Shown: positions 1 through 9,036 of the stretch, piece by piece
Position numbering within the stretch: position 1 is the stretch's first letter
Layout of the letters: each line of letters opens with the position of its first letter
NCBI GenBank assembly: GCA_046483985.1
Contig: JAWOCD010000028.1
Span: 1-64,000, forward strand
Source of the DNA: Promethearchaeia archaeon
GTDB taxonomy: Archaea; Asgardarchaeota; Lokiarchaeia; Sigyniarchaeales; SOKP01
Length of the DNA stretch: 64,000 nt
Direction: 5' to 3'
The notes under the pieces: generated by a model
Seen by the model: only the letters and a program-made list of their open reading frames with translations
What the model was told of the DNA's origin: nothing
The model's database searches: none
Program-made: the position numbers and the translations under genes

Positions 1-180
1 TATAAGGAATAATAATGTTGAAAAATTTGTAATACAATTATAAAAAGAATCAGTAATTCCCCTTCCTTGGAAGTCCGGAATATTTAAAACGATTATTACA
101 AAAAACAGATACCCCAAAACCGTAGAGATTATTAGGGTTAAGCAAAGGTATTTTGTTAATTTTTGTTTATTTTTTATCAT
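1..180 (-). CDS. Partial membrane protein (5' end only, runs off the window)
   Basis: ATG at 180 opens 60 stop-free codons to position 1 (MIKNKQKLTKYLCLTLIISTVLGYLFFVIIVLNIPDF...), with a basic N-terminus followed by a hydrophobic helix. Not in the ORF track. Confidence 0.55.
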   Translation of the reverse strand, partial: MIKNKQKLTKYLCLTLIISTVLGYLFFVIIVLNIPDFQGRGITDSFYNCITNFSTLLFLI

Positions 181-190
181 TTTTCATTAT

Positions 191-1594
191 CAGTACTTGA
201 CTAAATAAAAATACACCCCTCTCCTATTAAATCTTTTGTCCGACAAAAAACTGAAAAGGGCGGTCCGGTATTCATGAAATATTGAAATGCACTCACTAAT
301 AGGTGCTTCAAATCTTCTTTATAATACGCCTTTGGCTCTTTTATTAACCAATACCTCTTGTTGTGGAGACGTAAATTCGCAATTATCCAGAAGTTAAACA
401 GCAACAAGCTGAGGATAAAATAGAAGTTTCGTACATTCGGGTCAGCACTGGTCGAGTACATGATAAAGGGATTCCCTTCTCGATAATTAATTTCTATCCG
501 CCAGCGAGCTCCATAGTCACTTCGAGTTTTATAAAATCTGTACTTTTTCTTGATGCTCGGCGAATGGATCACGCGATTTGTCGCTAATACGAATATATCT
601 GCCAAAATCTCGTTTAACGGTCTCGTTCCATTGCGATACTGAGCTCTTAATTTGCTAAAACTAATGCCTTTCTTCCCATAAAAGGCTACTTTAAATTTAG
701 CGAAAGAATATCCTTTGCCTTTCACATATCTCCCTTTCATCTTGTAGGTCTGAACCCTCGCTTGTGGATCTTTTAACGCCGCTTCTTTCATCTGTCTTAA
801 CTTCCCGGACTCTTTTACGGGAACGATATATTCAATAAATTTTTGGTCTAAATAGTCAAAAATCTACTTTTGGTAATATTCCTTATCCATTGCTATTAGT
901 TCTATGATAAACCCTAAGGATTCAAGGAATTCAACCATTTGTTTCACGAATCTGCCCGCTTTTTCTCCTTTTTTCCGCATTTTGCTTCCCACCTGTAGTT
1001 CCCGTCCTTGTAAAATAATGCTACACGTATGCCAAATATGTGCTTTCTTCGTGCCTTTTTCGGCTTGTATACCGATTACGTAGGGATTGTCCTTCTTGCC
1101 GTAGTATAATTTTTTATGAAAGTCAAAGGCAATCTTTAATTTCTTTGGAATTAATTCCTTCTCCTGTAACAAGGGCAATATCTCTCTTGAAATGTCCAAA
1201 AGCGTTTGGTTTGTCTCTTCCATTGGAAACGATTTCGCATAACCCCTCATTTGAGAAGGATGGGGTAAAATACGTCCCGTGTCCCTCGATGAGGGGGATT
1301 TATTTTTCAACAAAGTTTCTAATTTATGATTCAATATTTGAGTTCCCGTTCGCTGACTATTTCCCACTAACGCGTTAAACAAAGTAACGATCGGAAACTC
1401 CTCGCTTGAGTGTCCGTCATATCGTTTCCGTACAGGCTTGCAAAACGACTTAATAAAGAAGAACGTGGATTTTTCCATAAATAGTTATTTTTACTGGACA
1501 TAAAGATAACTATCTTCTTTTTCCTATTTTATTAATTTAGCGTAACAAGAAAAGAAAGTCTTAAAGTAATTTTTGTCGGTTGAATCAAGTACTA
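191..1594 (-). mobile_element. ISH3-like (IS4 superfamily) insertion sequence, about 1.4 kb
   Basis: Imperfect terminal inverted repeats CAGTACTTGA (191-200) and TCAAGTACTA (1585-1594) enclose a DDE transposase. No clear target-site duplication was found. Confidence 0.75.
201..1478 (-). pseudogene. DDE transposase (ISH3/IS4-like) interrupted by one in-frame TAG at 864-866
   Basis: ORFs 864..1478 and 201..791 are in the same frame; the join reads MDKEYYQK*IFDYLDQKFIEYIVPVKESGKLRQMKEAA. Motifs IAFDFH (D1), AMDKEYY (D2) and YGARWRIEINYR (E). Confidence 0.8.
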
Positions 1595-1640
1595 GATAAA
1601 TAGTATTTTTTTCATCATTATATTAATTAAAATGAAATAG

Positions 1641-2036
1641 GTGGTTTTATTTAGAGTAAAATTCACCAATGAAGCGTTGGACTATATCTCCGAAAAAAAT
1701 AAAGAGGTTAGTATCAGTTCCGATGAAGAAGAGAAATATGTGGTAGCATTTTTTTATTACTCCGCGACCACATGAACGATGTCATTCTGTGGAAATGTTT
1801 TGGAACTCGTGCAAAAACGGAAAATTGAAAAAGAAATCTCGGATTTTATCCGATGGACAGAATTTGAAAACCTCGAACCCAATGACCCTCGTGTTGAATT
1901 ATATATTGAAAAACAGTTGATTCCCGAATTAAAACAAGAAGATGTACTCGTGATTGATGTTGCCATTGGGGAATTAGAGGATGGTAATAAAATGGGAATG
2001 CTCTTTATCAAAAAAGGGGATAATGTATATGGATAA
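1641..2036 (+). CDS. Candidate selenoprotein, IscA/HesB-like fold, Sec (TGA) at codon 45
   Basis: GTG at 1641 is in frame with track ORF 1779..2036 through a single TGA at 1773-1775: MVLFRVKFTNEALDYISEK...YVVAFFYYSATT-U-TMSFCGNVLELV...VELYIEKQL...VLVIDV...GMLFIK. A SECIS-like hairpin follows the stop. Confidence 0.75.
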
Positions 2037-2079
2037 AAGATGATCTAATCTTACAAATGTTAGAAGATTAGGGATTTCC
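2031..2079 (+). ncRNA. Eukaryote/Loki-type SECIS element in the 3' UTR
   Basis: ATGA (2040-43), stem TCTAATCTT (2044-52), loop ACAAATGTTAG containing AAA, stem AAGATTAGG (2064-72), then GAT. A short lower helix GGA/TCC is possible. Confidence 0.75.
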
Positions 2080-2145
2080 GGCTTGCGGCTGGTTTAAAAA
2101 GTACAAATTTTAAATGGTACATTAGTATGTTAGTTGGGTTTAGGC

Positions 2146-2208
2146 TCTGAGATCAACCGACTCGCTTACCTCGCGCAGAGAAGATTTTTGAAGCGAGTTA
2201 CCTTCAGA
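2146..2208 (+). promoter_or_regulatory. Structured 5' leader upstream of aconitase
   Basis: Nested stems TCTGAG/TTCAGA, ACTCGCTT/AAGCGAGT (8 bp perfect) and CTC-GCGCA-GAG, downstream of a TATA-like TTTAAA near 2109. Confidence 0.45.
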
Positions 2209-2252
2209 AAAAATAAATAAAATCTTGTCTTTATTTTAACGATTAGATTGAA

Positions 2253-4202
2253 ATGACTTCAGTAGCAAGAAAAATTATCAAAGAACATATAGTAGAAGGA
2301 GAGTTTGAGATTGGAGAGGAAATTGGATTACAGATTGACAATACCTTAACCCAAGACGCCACGGGCACTATGGCGTACCTTCAATTTGAAGCAATGAAAT
2401 TAGATAAAATTCATACAGATTTATCGGTTTCATTTGTTGATCATAACACTCTTCAAACGGATTTTAAAAATCCTGATGACCATCGATATTTAGCCTCTGT
2501 GGCTGCAAAGTACGGGATTTATTTTTCTCGCCCGGGAAATGGCATCTGTCATCAAGTGTTTTTAGAACGATTTGCAACCCCGGGAAAGACACTCATAGGT
2601 TCGGATTCACATACTCCGACTGCGGGTGGAATGGGAATGCTAGCAATTGGTGCGGGGGGCTTGGATGTAGCAGTTGCCATGGGCGGAGGTCCCTTTTATA
2701 TTAACACACCAGAGATTCTGGGGATAAAACTGATTGGCACCTTACCGGATTATGTGTCGGCAAAAGATATCATTTTGGAAGTCCTTCGGAGATTGGACGT
2801 CAAGGGAGGTGTCGGCAAGATCTTGGAATATTTTGGTCCCGGAGTCAAGACGCTCACCGTTCCGGAGAGGGCAACCATCACCAATATGGGAGCGGAAACC
2901 GGAGCAACCACCTCGATTTTCCCCTCTGATGAGAAAACCAAAGAATTCTTGGAATTGGAAGAGAGAGAGGATCACTGGATAGAAATTCCAGAAGCAGAAG
3001 AGGACGATTTTGACGAGGTTATAGTTATTGATTTATCAAAAGTAGAACCTTTGATAGCTAAGCCCCATTCTCCCGGAAATGTTGTCCCGCTTACGGAATT
3101 GGAAGGGATGATGGTGGATCAAGTCGCGATTGGCTCGTGTACAAATAGTTCTTTGAAAGACATGTTAACGGTTTCAGCCCTCTTAGAAAATAAAGAAATC
3201 GATAAAGAGACGGTGCTTGGAATTACCCCCGGTTCCCGTCAAGTGCTCCTTGAATTGGGAAAACGAGGGGGACTACAAAATATGATATCGGCTGGAGCCC
3301 GTATTTTAGAAAGCGCGTGTGGTCCGTGTATCGGAATGGGATTCGCGCCAAAGTCAAATGGGATCACGGTGCGAACCTTCAATAGGAATTTTTATGGAAG
3401 GAGCGGAACAAAAAGCGCTAAAATTTATTTGACCAGTCCCGAAGCTGCGGTGGCTGCTGCGATCTTTGGGGAGATAAAACATCCCAAAAATTTAGGAACA
3501 TATCCTTCCATTGACTTACCGTCCCAAATCGAGATTGATGATTCCTTAATTATTGAACCCCCCGAAGATGCTTCTCAAGTTGAGATTGAAAGGGGTCCTA
3601 ATATTGCTCCCTTGCCGGACTTTGATCCTCTTCCCGAAAGTTTCGATCATTTAAAGATATTGATAAAACTAGAAGATAATATCACTACTGATCATATTAT
3701 GCCTGCCGGTGCAGCAATTCTTCCTTATCGGTCGAACTTGCCGAAGATAAGCGAATACGTCTTTACGCAGATTGATTCTTCTTTTTCGGAGCGAGCGTTG
3801 GAAGCCAAACAAGAAGGAGGCACGGTTATAGTGGGAGGAGAAAATTACGGACAAGGATCAAGTAGAGAACATGCAGCGTTAGCACCGATGTATTTGGGGA
3901 TAAAAGCGGTTCTATGTCGATCGTTTTCGAGAATTCATCGGGATAATCTGGTTAATTTTGGGATTTTACCATTGGTCTTTCGAGATACTGAGGATTATGA
4001 AAAATTAAAAGTGGACGATATTCTTCATATAAAAAATGTGAGATCTGCATTATTATCCGAGGAAGGCCTTATTTCCATTCAGAATATCACGCAAAATTAT
4101 GAATTTAAAGCACGCTATAATCTCTCTGAAAGAGAAATTCAAATCCTCCTCGCGGGCGGAAAGTTAAATTACACAAAGAAATTAGTAACTGAATCCTCAT
4201 AA
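2253..4202 (+). CDS. acnA: Aconitate hydratase (short, about 650-aa type)
   Basis: Motifs DHN, GICHQ, GSDSHT, GSCTN, CGPCIG, TDHI and NYGQGSSREHA, including all three cluster cysteines. Confidence 0.93.
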   Translation: MTSVARKIIKEHIVEGEFEIGEEIGLQIDNTLTQDATGTMAYLQFEAMKLDKIHTDLSVSFVDHNTLQTDFKNPDDHRYLASVAAKYGIYFSRPGNGICHQVFLERFATPGKTLIGSDSHTPTAGGMGMLAIGAGGLDVAVAMGGGPFYINTPEILGIKLIGTLPDYVSAKDIILEVLRRLDVKGGVGKILEYFGPGVKTLTVPERATITNMGAETGATTSIFPSDEKTKEFLELEEREDHWIEIPEAEEDDFDEVIVIDLSKVEPLIAKPHSPGNVVPLTELEGMMVDQVAIGSCTNSSLKDMLTVSALLENKEIDKETVLGITPGSRQVLLELGKRGGLQNMISAGARILESACGPCIGMGFAPKSNGITVRTFNRNFYGRSGTKSAKIYLTSPEAAVAAAIFGEIKHPKNLGTYPSIDLPSQIEIDDSLIIEPPEDASQVEIERGPNIAPLPDFDPLPESFDHLKILIKLEDNITTDHIMPAGAAILPYRSNLPKISEYVFTQIDSSFSERALEAKQEGGTVIVGGENYGQGSSREHAALAPMYLGIKAVLCRSFSRIHRDNLVNFGILPLVFRDTEDYEKLKVDDILHIKNVRSALLSEEGLISIQNITQNYEFKARYNLSEREIQILLAGGKLNYTKKLVTESS

Positions 4203-4243
4203 GGAATGAAGAAATTAATATTATACGATTATAAGAATATTTT

Positions 4244-4470
4244 TTGAACTACCACGCCCTAAAGAGCGAGAAATTCGTAATTCCTTACAAACTGCTCGCC
4301 TAAGTGTACGGGTCTTACAGAACCTCCAAACACTAACCCCGCAATCCTTGCAATTTCACGTTGAACTTGGTTATCGTCCATCAATATTTTCATAGAATTA
4401 ATCGTTTAAAAACGTATATGCGATTCATCCCTGCCTTTGAAGGAGGACAGGGCTTTTTATCCCTTTAGTG
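4244..4470 (-). mobile_element. Non-autonomous IS200/IS605-derived element (left end fused to omega-RNA-like right end)
   Basis: On the minus strand, TTTAC precedes a left-end hairpin (...GGGATGAATCGCA) and the element ends in a hairpin plus GTAGTTCAA. Co-linear with 6739..6950. Confidence 0.75.
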
Positions 4471-4561
4471 GTAAAAATAAAAAATTTATAAAGTAACAGA
4501 AAATTAATAATTTAATTGAATTTAAAATTTAAAATATAATTATTAGAGACAGATTTATTTA

Positions 4562-5146
4562 GTGAAAAAAATGAGGGCTTCTCGTGTTCTTCGGTTTATA
4601 ATCAAGATATTTCTTATCATACTTACATCCTCAATGTCAATAGTCTCATTTCTTGGGGGATATTCAGCGGTGATGATCCTTTCTGAAGAGGAAAACATAC
4701 AAGTTCCTGAACATGGTGAAGAGATTGAATTTTCTTTTCCCGACTTGGGAGAAAATTTTACAGACGAGGCAGAAAATATCTCAATAATCCTCCCATTTAG
4801 AATCACCAATGCTGGTTTTTTCAACTTGGATGATTTATCAGTAGAAATGATTATTGATTTGCAGTATGAAGATAAAACCGATAATAATAAAACGAAGAGA
4901 TTAAAAATATTTGAAAAGCCAATCAATTTTGGGTCAATTGAAGCAGGGAAAACGTATCAAGATGATTTTCTTGCCGATGAGAATGATTTCGATATAGTCA
5001 AGTTGAACGATACGATTCCAAAAATCAACGAAGACGGGCCGCTGGACTTTTTGGCTGATATTTCATTAAGTGCCAAATATTCCTTGAAATTGCTGAGTTT
5101 TCGAGTCACTTTAACCGATGTTGAAATTGGGGAGGCGGGAGTTTAA
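4562..5146 (+). CDS. Membrane-anchored hypothetical protein (single N-terminal TM, acidic beta-rich domain, LEA_2-like)
   Basis: 194-aa ORF with an N-terminal hydrophobic helix and the motif ITNAGFFNLDDLSV. First of three abutting genes. Confidence 0.7.
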   Translation: MKKMRASRVLRFIIKIFLIILTSSMSIVSFLGGYSAVMILSEEENIQVPEHGEEIEFSFPDLGENFTDEAENISIILPFRITNAGFFNLDDLSVEMIIDLQYEDKTDNNKTKRLKIFEKPINFGSIEAGKTYQDDFLADENDFDIVKLNDTIPKINEDGPLDFLADISLSAKYSLKLLSFRVTLTDVEIGEAGV

Positions 5147-5650
5147 ATGGGAGCGACAAAGAATATGGTCAGAGGCACCATTTATGCTTCAGTTTATGTA
5201 GTTTCAACTTTAATTATCCCGTTACTTACGTTTAGTTATATTAACACCCTCGATGTGCAAGGACTTACCTTACAAATGCAACAAAAGACCTACAACGATA
5301 TTATTTTCTGGATATCAGCATTTGGATTGTTAATTTCGGGAACGGCCTTTTTTACTTATTCTTCTCCATCCCAATCCATTCGTCGCGGTGTTATGTCATT
5401 GGTACAGCTCCTCTTGAATTGCATGTATATTTGGAGTTATAAATTCTCTGGAGCGACAGAGATAGTTTTCGAAATTACGGGATTTGGTTCCATGTGGTTG
5501 AACCTTTCTCAAATGGTTATGCTATTTTTGGGCATCTATTTCCTTTCAATTTTGCTTAAAATATATGATATCGTTGATTTTACGGTGAATCGGAAAAAAA
5601 TCCGAGAAACTCGATGGAAAGATAATATAGAGGAGGGGGAGAAGAAATAA
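5147..5650 (+). CDS. Hypothetical four-TM membrane protein
   Basis: Four hydrophobic segments, GGAG upstream, abuts both neighbours. Confidence 0.75.
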   Translation: MGATKNMVRGTIYASVYVVSTLIIPLLTFSYINTLDVQGLTLQMQQKTYNDIIFWISAFGLLISGTAFFTYSSPSQSIRRGVMSLVQLLLNCMYIWSYKFSGATEIVFEITGFGSMWLNLSQMVMLFLGIYFLSILLKIYDIVDFTVNRKKIRETRWKDNIEEGEKK

Positions 5651-5916
5651 TGTTACTGCAGATCAATGATATTTTGCGCATTATTGCCGGGATTGTGGGT
5701 TTAATTCTTAATTTTCTCAAACCCTATGTGATTCCCGTCGGTGAATGGATGATTATCTGGATAGATGCAGGATTATCATACTTCCCTCAAGACGATTTAT
5801 CGCTTTATTTCCTTATCTGTGTGGCTTTAGTGATAGCAGGGGTTGCTATTAATACTAAGTTTCCTGGAGATGAGCCACCCGCCGAGTTCGAGCATAAAGG
5901 AAAAACCAATAATTAA
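5650..5916 (+). CDS. Small hypothetical membrane protein
   Basis: TAATG stop/start overlap with the upstream gene and two hydrophobic segments. Confidence 0.7.
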   Translation: MLLQINDILRIIAGIVGLILNFLKPYVIPVGEWMIIWIDAGLSYFPQDDLSLYFLICVALVIAGVAINTKFPGDEPPAEFEHKGKTNN

Positions 5917-6029
5917 TTCATTTCTTTTTTTGCTTATAGCTAAAGAAATCATCATTCTCCAGTGAAAAGGAAAATAGATGGTCTTAAAAGAAAAAGGAAA
6001 ATAAGAAGAGTATAAAAAATAAGGAATAT

Positions 6030-6650
6030 TCAGAACTTTTGTAATAATTCTGCCACTCTTTTTCCAAGATTGTGAGCTATTTTTGCTCCTAATTCATCTG
6101 ATTCATCTTTCTTTAGAAAAGCGGTTCGTTCATATTTTTGCAAGGATGTTACGGGTATATTTTCCTCAATTACGGGATTTCCTAAGCTTCCCACGCATAT
6201 CATCCCTTGAATTAATGCGAAATTGATAAGGTCTGTTTTCACGCCTCCTCCACCACCATTACGGAGCCCTTGTGCTACTAACGGGGCAAAAATGGTATCT
6301 GCAAGTTTATACCCGTTCATTTTCCACGGCCGAGACCGATCAATCAATGTTTTTATCTGAGCAGAGACAGATCCGAAATACGTTGGTGATGCAATTAAAA
6401 GAGCATCCGTATCCAACAGATATTTTTCAATCTCATGTGTGTCGTCATTTTCGGCTAATGGACATTCATAGGGCTCCCGTAAGCATTGATCACAGCCGGT
6501 ACAAGGGGAAAGATTAAAATTATCGATAAAGATCTTATTTATATTGAAATCATCAGAAACCGATTTTAGTCCTTCTATTGCATTTTCAACCAGAAAATCA
6601 CAGCTTTTATTTTTCCGAGGACTTCCCACAATCAAAGTAATTTTTTTCAT
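6030..6650 (-). CDS. Iron-sulfur flavoprotein / flavodoxin-like FMN reductase family
   Basis: GSPRK, CTGCDQC...C and ASPTYFGSVSAQIKTLIDR motifs. Confidence 0.9.
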   Translation of the reverse strand: MKKITLIVGSPRKNKSCDFLVENAIEGLKSVSDDFNINKIFIDNFNLSPCTGCDQCLREPYECPLAENDDTHEIEKYLLDTDALLIASPTYFGSVSAQIKTLIDRSRPWKMNGYKLADTIFAPLVAQGLRNGGGGGVKTDLINFALIQGMICVGSLGNPVIEENIPVTSLQKYERTAFLKKDESDELGAKIAHNLGKRVAELLQKF

Positions 6651-6738
6651 TTTTTAAAGCACAACCATAGATTATAATAATAACTAAATTCCTATAATTT
6701 ATTATAATTCTTATTATTTAAGAATGAATTATCTTATA

Positions 6739-6950
6739 TTGAACTACCCCGTGCCCCAAATGGTGATGGATTCGTAATTCATCGAAGATTGCTTCCATAA
6801 TATAAGTCTGACATCATCTCCAAACGCCCCCTCTGTACTCCCTGCGGTAATATGATGAACTTGGGTATTGTCCATAAGTAATAATAAATAATATTAATGT
6901 ATGTGCGATTCATTCCCGCCTTGAAGGACGGGGCTTTCTCGCACTCTAGT
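6739..6950 (-). mobile_element. Non-autonomous IS200/IS605-derived element (left end fused to omega-RNA-like right end)
   Basis: TTTAC (complement of 6951-55), then left-end hairpin GCCCCGTCCTTCAAGGCGGGAATGAATCGCA, then ACCGCAGGGAG...TGGAGA...AAGCAA...GATGAATTACGAA...GGGGTAGTTCAA. Confidence 0.8.
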
Positions 6951-6985
6951 GTAAATTATAATCAAAAAGAAACTCCCTACTCCCG

Positions 6986-7738
6986 ATGGCATTTTTTAAA
7001 GATACGTTCAAAAAGGTAAAAGATAAGAGAGAGCTTAAAAAAAAATTGAAAATTCATAAGGAATTTATCTTAAAAAAATTAGAGGATGAGGATTTGAACT
7101 CCGCGTTGGATAAAACCCGCTCTGCTCTTACTTTAATCAAGGAATATGATGATTCCTTTAATTTAGAGGGTTCTCTTAAAGAGTTTAAAAAATTAAACGA
7201 TTCAATTACCGAGAAAATCGATAAATTTCGTTCTCTTTATTTTAATCGATTTAAAAAATATACGAAGCAGAGCTTAACCGAGGAGAATTTGGAACGCTTC
7301 ATGAAACTCTTAGCTTCATTGAAGGATACAGTCGATAAGAAAGCGGAGGATTATAATCTGTATGAACTTCAAGAGGCGATTAATAGATATTTTGAATGTC
7401 TAAAAAAGACCTATACAATTATAACTAATTATCGAGTGCTAACCTATGAGATCATTTGCGAAAATATTTTTGAACTGTTAGAAGAATTAGATTATGCGGA
7501 AATCTCAAATTTAAAAAATCTAATCGAGAGGATATATCTAAAGGTCATCGCTAAGAGGCTTAAAGAAGTTGCGAGGAAAACCAAAAAGATTTCTCTTTCA
7601 GAACTTTCGAATATTTTAGCTTTAAAACGTGAAGAACTAATTGAAAAGTTACAAGAAATAATGAACCATCCAAGTTTTGAAGATATCATAAAAGTCTTTA
7701 ATAAAACCGGGAATTTAATTATCTTTTCCCTTCCCTAA
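6986..7738 (+). CDS. Hypothetical helical protein with a C-terminal winged-helix/PCI-like segment
   Basis: 250-aa ORF ending ISLSELSNILAL...LQEIM...FNKTGNLIIF. Confidence 0.6.
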   Translation: MAFFKDTFKKVKDKRELKKKLKIHKEFILKKLEDEDLNSALDKTRSALTLIKEYDDSFNLEGSLKEFKKLNDSITEKIDKFRSLYFNRFKKYTKQSLTEENLERFMKLLASLKDTVDKKAEDYNLYELQEAINRYFECLKKTYTIITNYRVLTYEIICENIFELLEELDYAEISNLKNLIERIYLKVIAKRLKEVARKTKKISLSELSNILALKREELIEKLQEIMNHPSFEDIIKVFNKTGNLIIFSLP

Positions 7739-7753
7739 CTCTTTTTTGGAATT

Positions 7754-8905
7754 TCACCAGATTTTGATGTAAGGTAATAAGGTAATCATCGGGTTCACAA
7801 AATCGATTAAAAGTTTAAATATAATCGCCATTAAAATGGGATTGCTGGCATTATCGCTGATCTCAACTTTTGCAAGCACGATGTCTGTAAATACAAAGAT
7901 TAAAATCCCGATTAACGCGAGAAACCAGCCAACAAAGAATATCGCGCTTATAAAACCGACCACGCATCCGGCAATAGATCCTTCAAATGATTTCCCTTCC
8001 ACGATAGGCCATTTATGCTTTCCCCATTTACGTCCAATCAAAGCAGCAAACATATCACTGAACACGGATATACTAATTATTGCCATTTGAGCATACACTC
8101 CCGCTATCCTGTCTTGTGAGCCGTAGGTTAAAATGAGGGAAGACATAGCAAGTCCCATTAACAATAACATGGAGCCAGAAGTATCATATACCTCTGTGGA
8201 CCTTCGGGTGGTGGCGAGCGTTTTTTTTAAGGGAAATCCATAATTGTTAAATCTCAAGCGCATTACTTCTGCATTGGCATTTCCAATAAATATACAGAGT
8301 AGCATGAAAAATTGGATAATAAGCCCGTTTAATAATAAACCCTCTACAGATTCACTGAATAAAATTTGAATATTATAATAGTTCTCATAGGTGGGAGTGT
8401 TGATGATGCCCTCATATAAGATTCTCACCCCAAAAAAAATGAGCGGCTGCAACACCCAGGTAAAGATATACAAGATCGCGGATAAATGGAACAATTTCCG
8501 TTTGAGTTCTTGTTTTGGGGTAAAATTGTGAGTATCTAAGACCGATTTGTCTAAACTTTTATCAAAGCCGCTTGTCAACCTTTTATTGTAGGCTTTTTCG
8601 TCCAAAGTTTCTTTTTTAACCATGGCAAAAATAAAGAAGAATAATGCCAACCCGCCTACTACGACAATCACATAATAATTTAGCGGCATATATAAATAGA
8701 ATCCCGTGGCAGAAAAGGGCAAACTTATGAAAACGGCAACTATTACCAAAAGGATGATCAATAATAATGTATTATATCGATTTTTGCTTTTTATTTTGAA
8801 ACTGCGTCGTAAAATGGGAAAAAATAATATTGCATACAAAATTAGCACAATGGAAACTAATAGAGAAAAAAATAGAGATTCTACTCCTATAACCGGATTG
8901 GGCAT
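7754..8905 (-). CDS. CTP-dependent polyprenol/dolichol/diacylglycerol kinase family membrane protein
   Basis: RKLFH, SDMFAALIGRKWG, KSFEGS and terminal DN motifs, with many TM helices. Confidence 0.85.
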   Translation of the reverse strand: MPNPVIGVESLFFSLLVSIVLILYAILFFPILRRSFKIKSKNRYNTLLLIILLVIVAVFISLPFSATGFYLYMPLNYYVIVVVGGLALFFFIFAMVKKETLDEKAYNKRLTSGFDKSLDKSVLDTHNFTPKQELKRKLFHLSAILYIFTWVLQPLIFFGVRILYEGIINTPTYENYYNIQILFSESVEGLLLNGLIIQFFMLLCIFIGNANAEVMRLRFNNYGFPLKKTLATTRRSTEVYDTSGSMLLLMGLAMSSLILTYGSQDRIAGVYAQMAIISISVFSDMFAALIGRKWGKHKWPIVEGKSFEGSIAGCVVGFISAIFFVGWFLALIGILIFVFTDIVLAKVEISDNASNPILMAIIFKLLIDFVNPMITLLPYIKIW

Positions 8906-9036
8906 CGAGATCTGTATTCGTATTTTTTGTTTAAATCTAATTAAACTTTAAATAAAATATTTTGTTCCCCTTGGTTTATCTCCGACTATGAAGGAGTTTG
9001 CTAAAAATAAGTAAAGAAAAATAAATCTCCCCCTAC

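Noticed and set aside
2168-2182. Canonical iron-responsive element upstream of aconitase
   Set aside because: There is no CAGUGN loop or bulged C; kept only as a generic structured leader.
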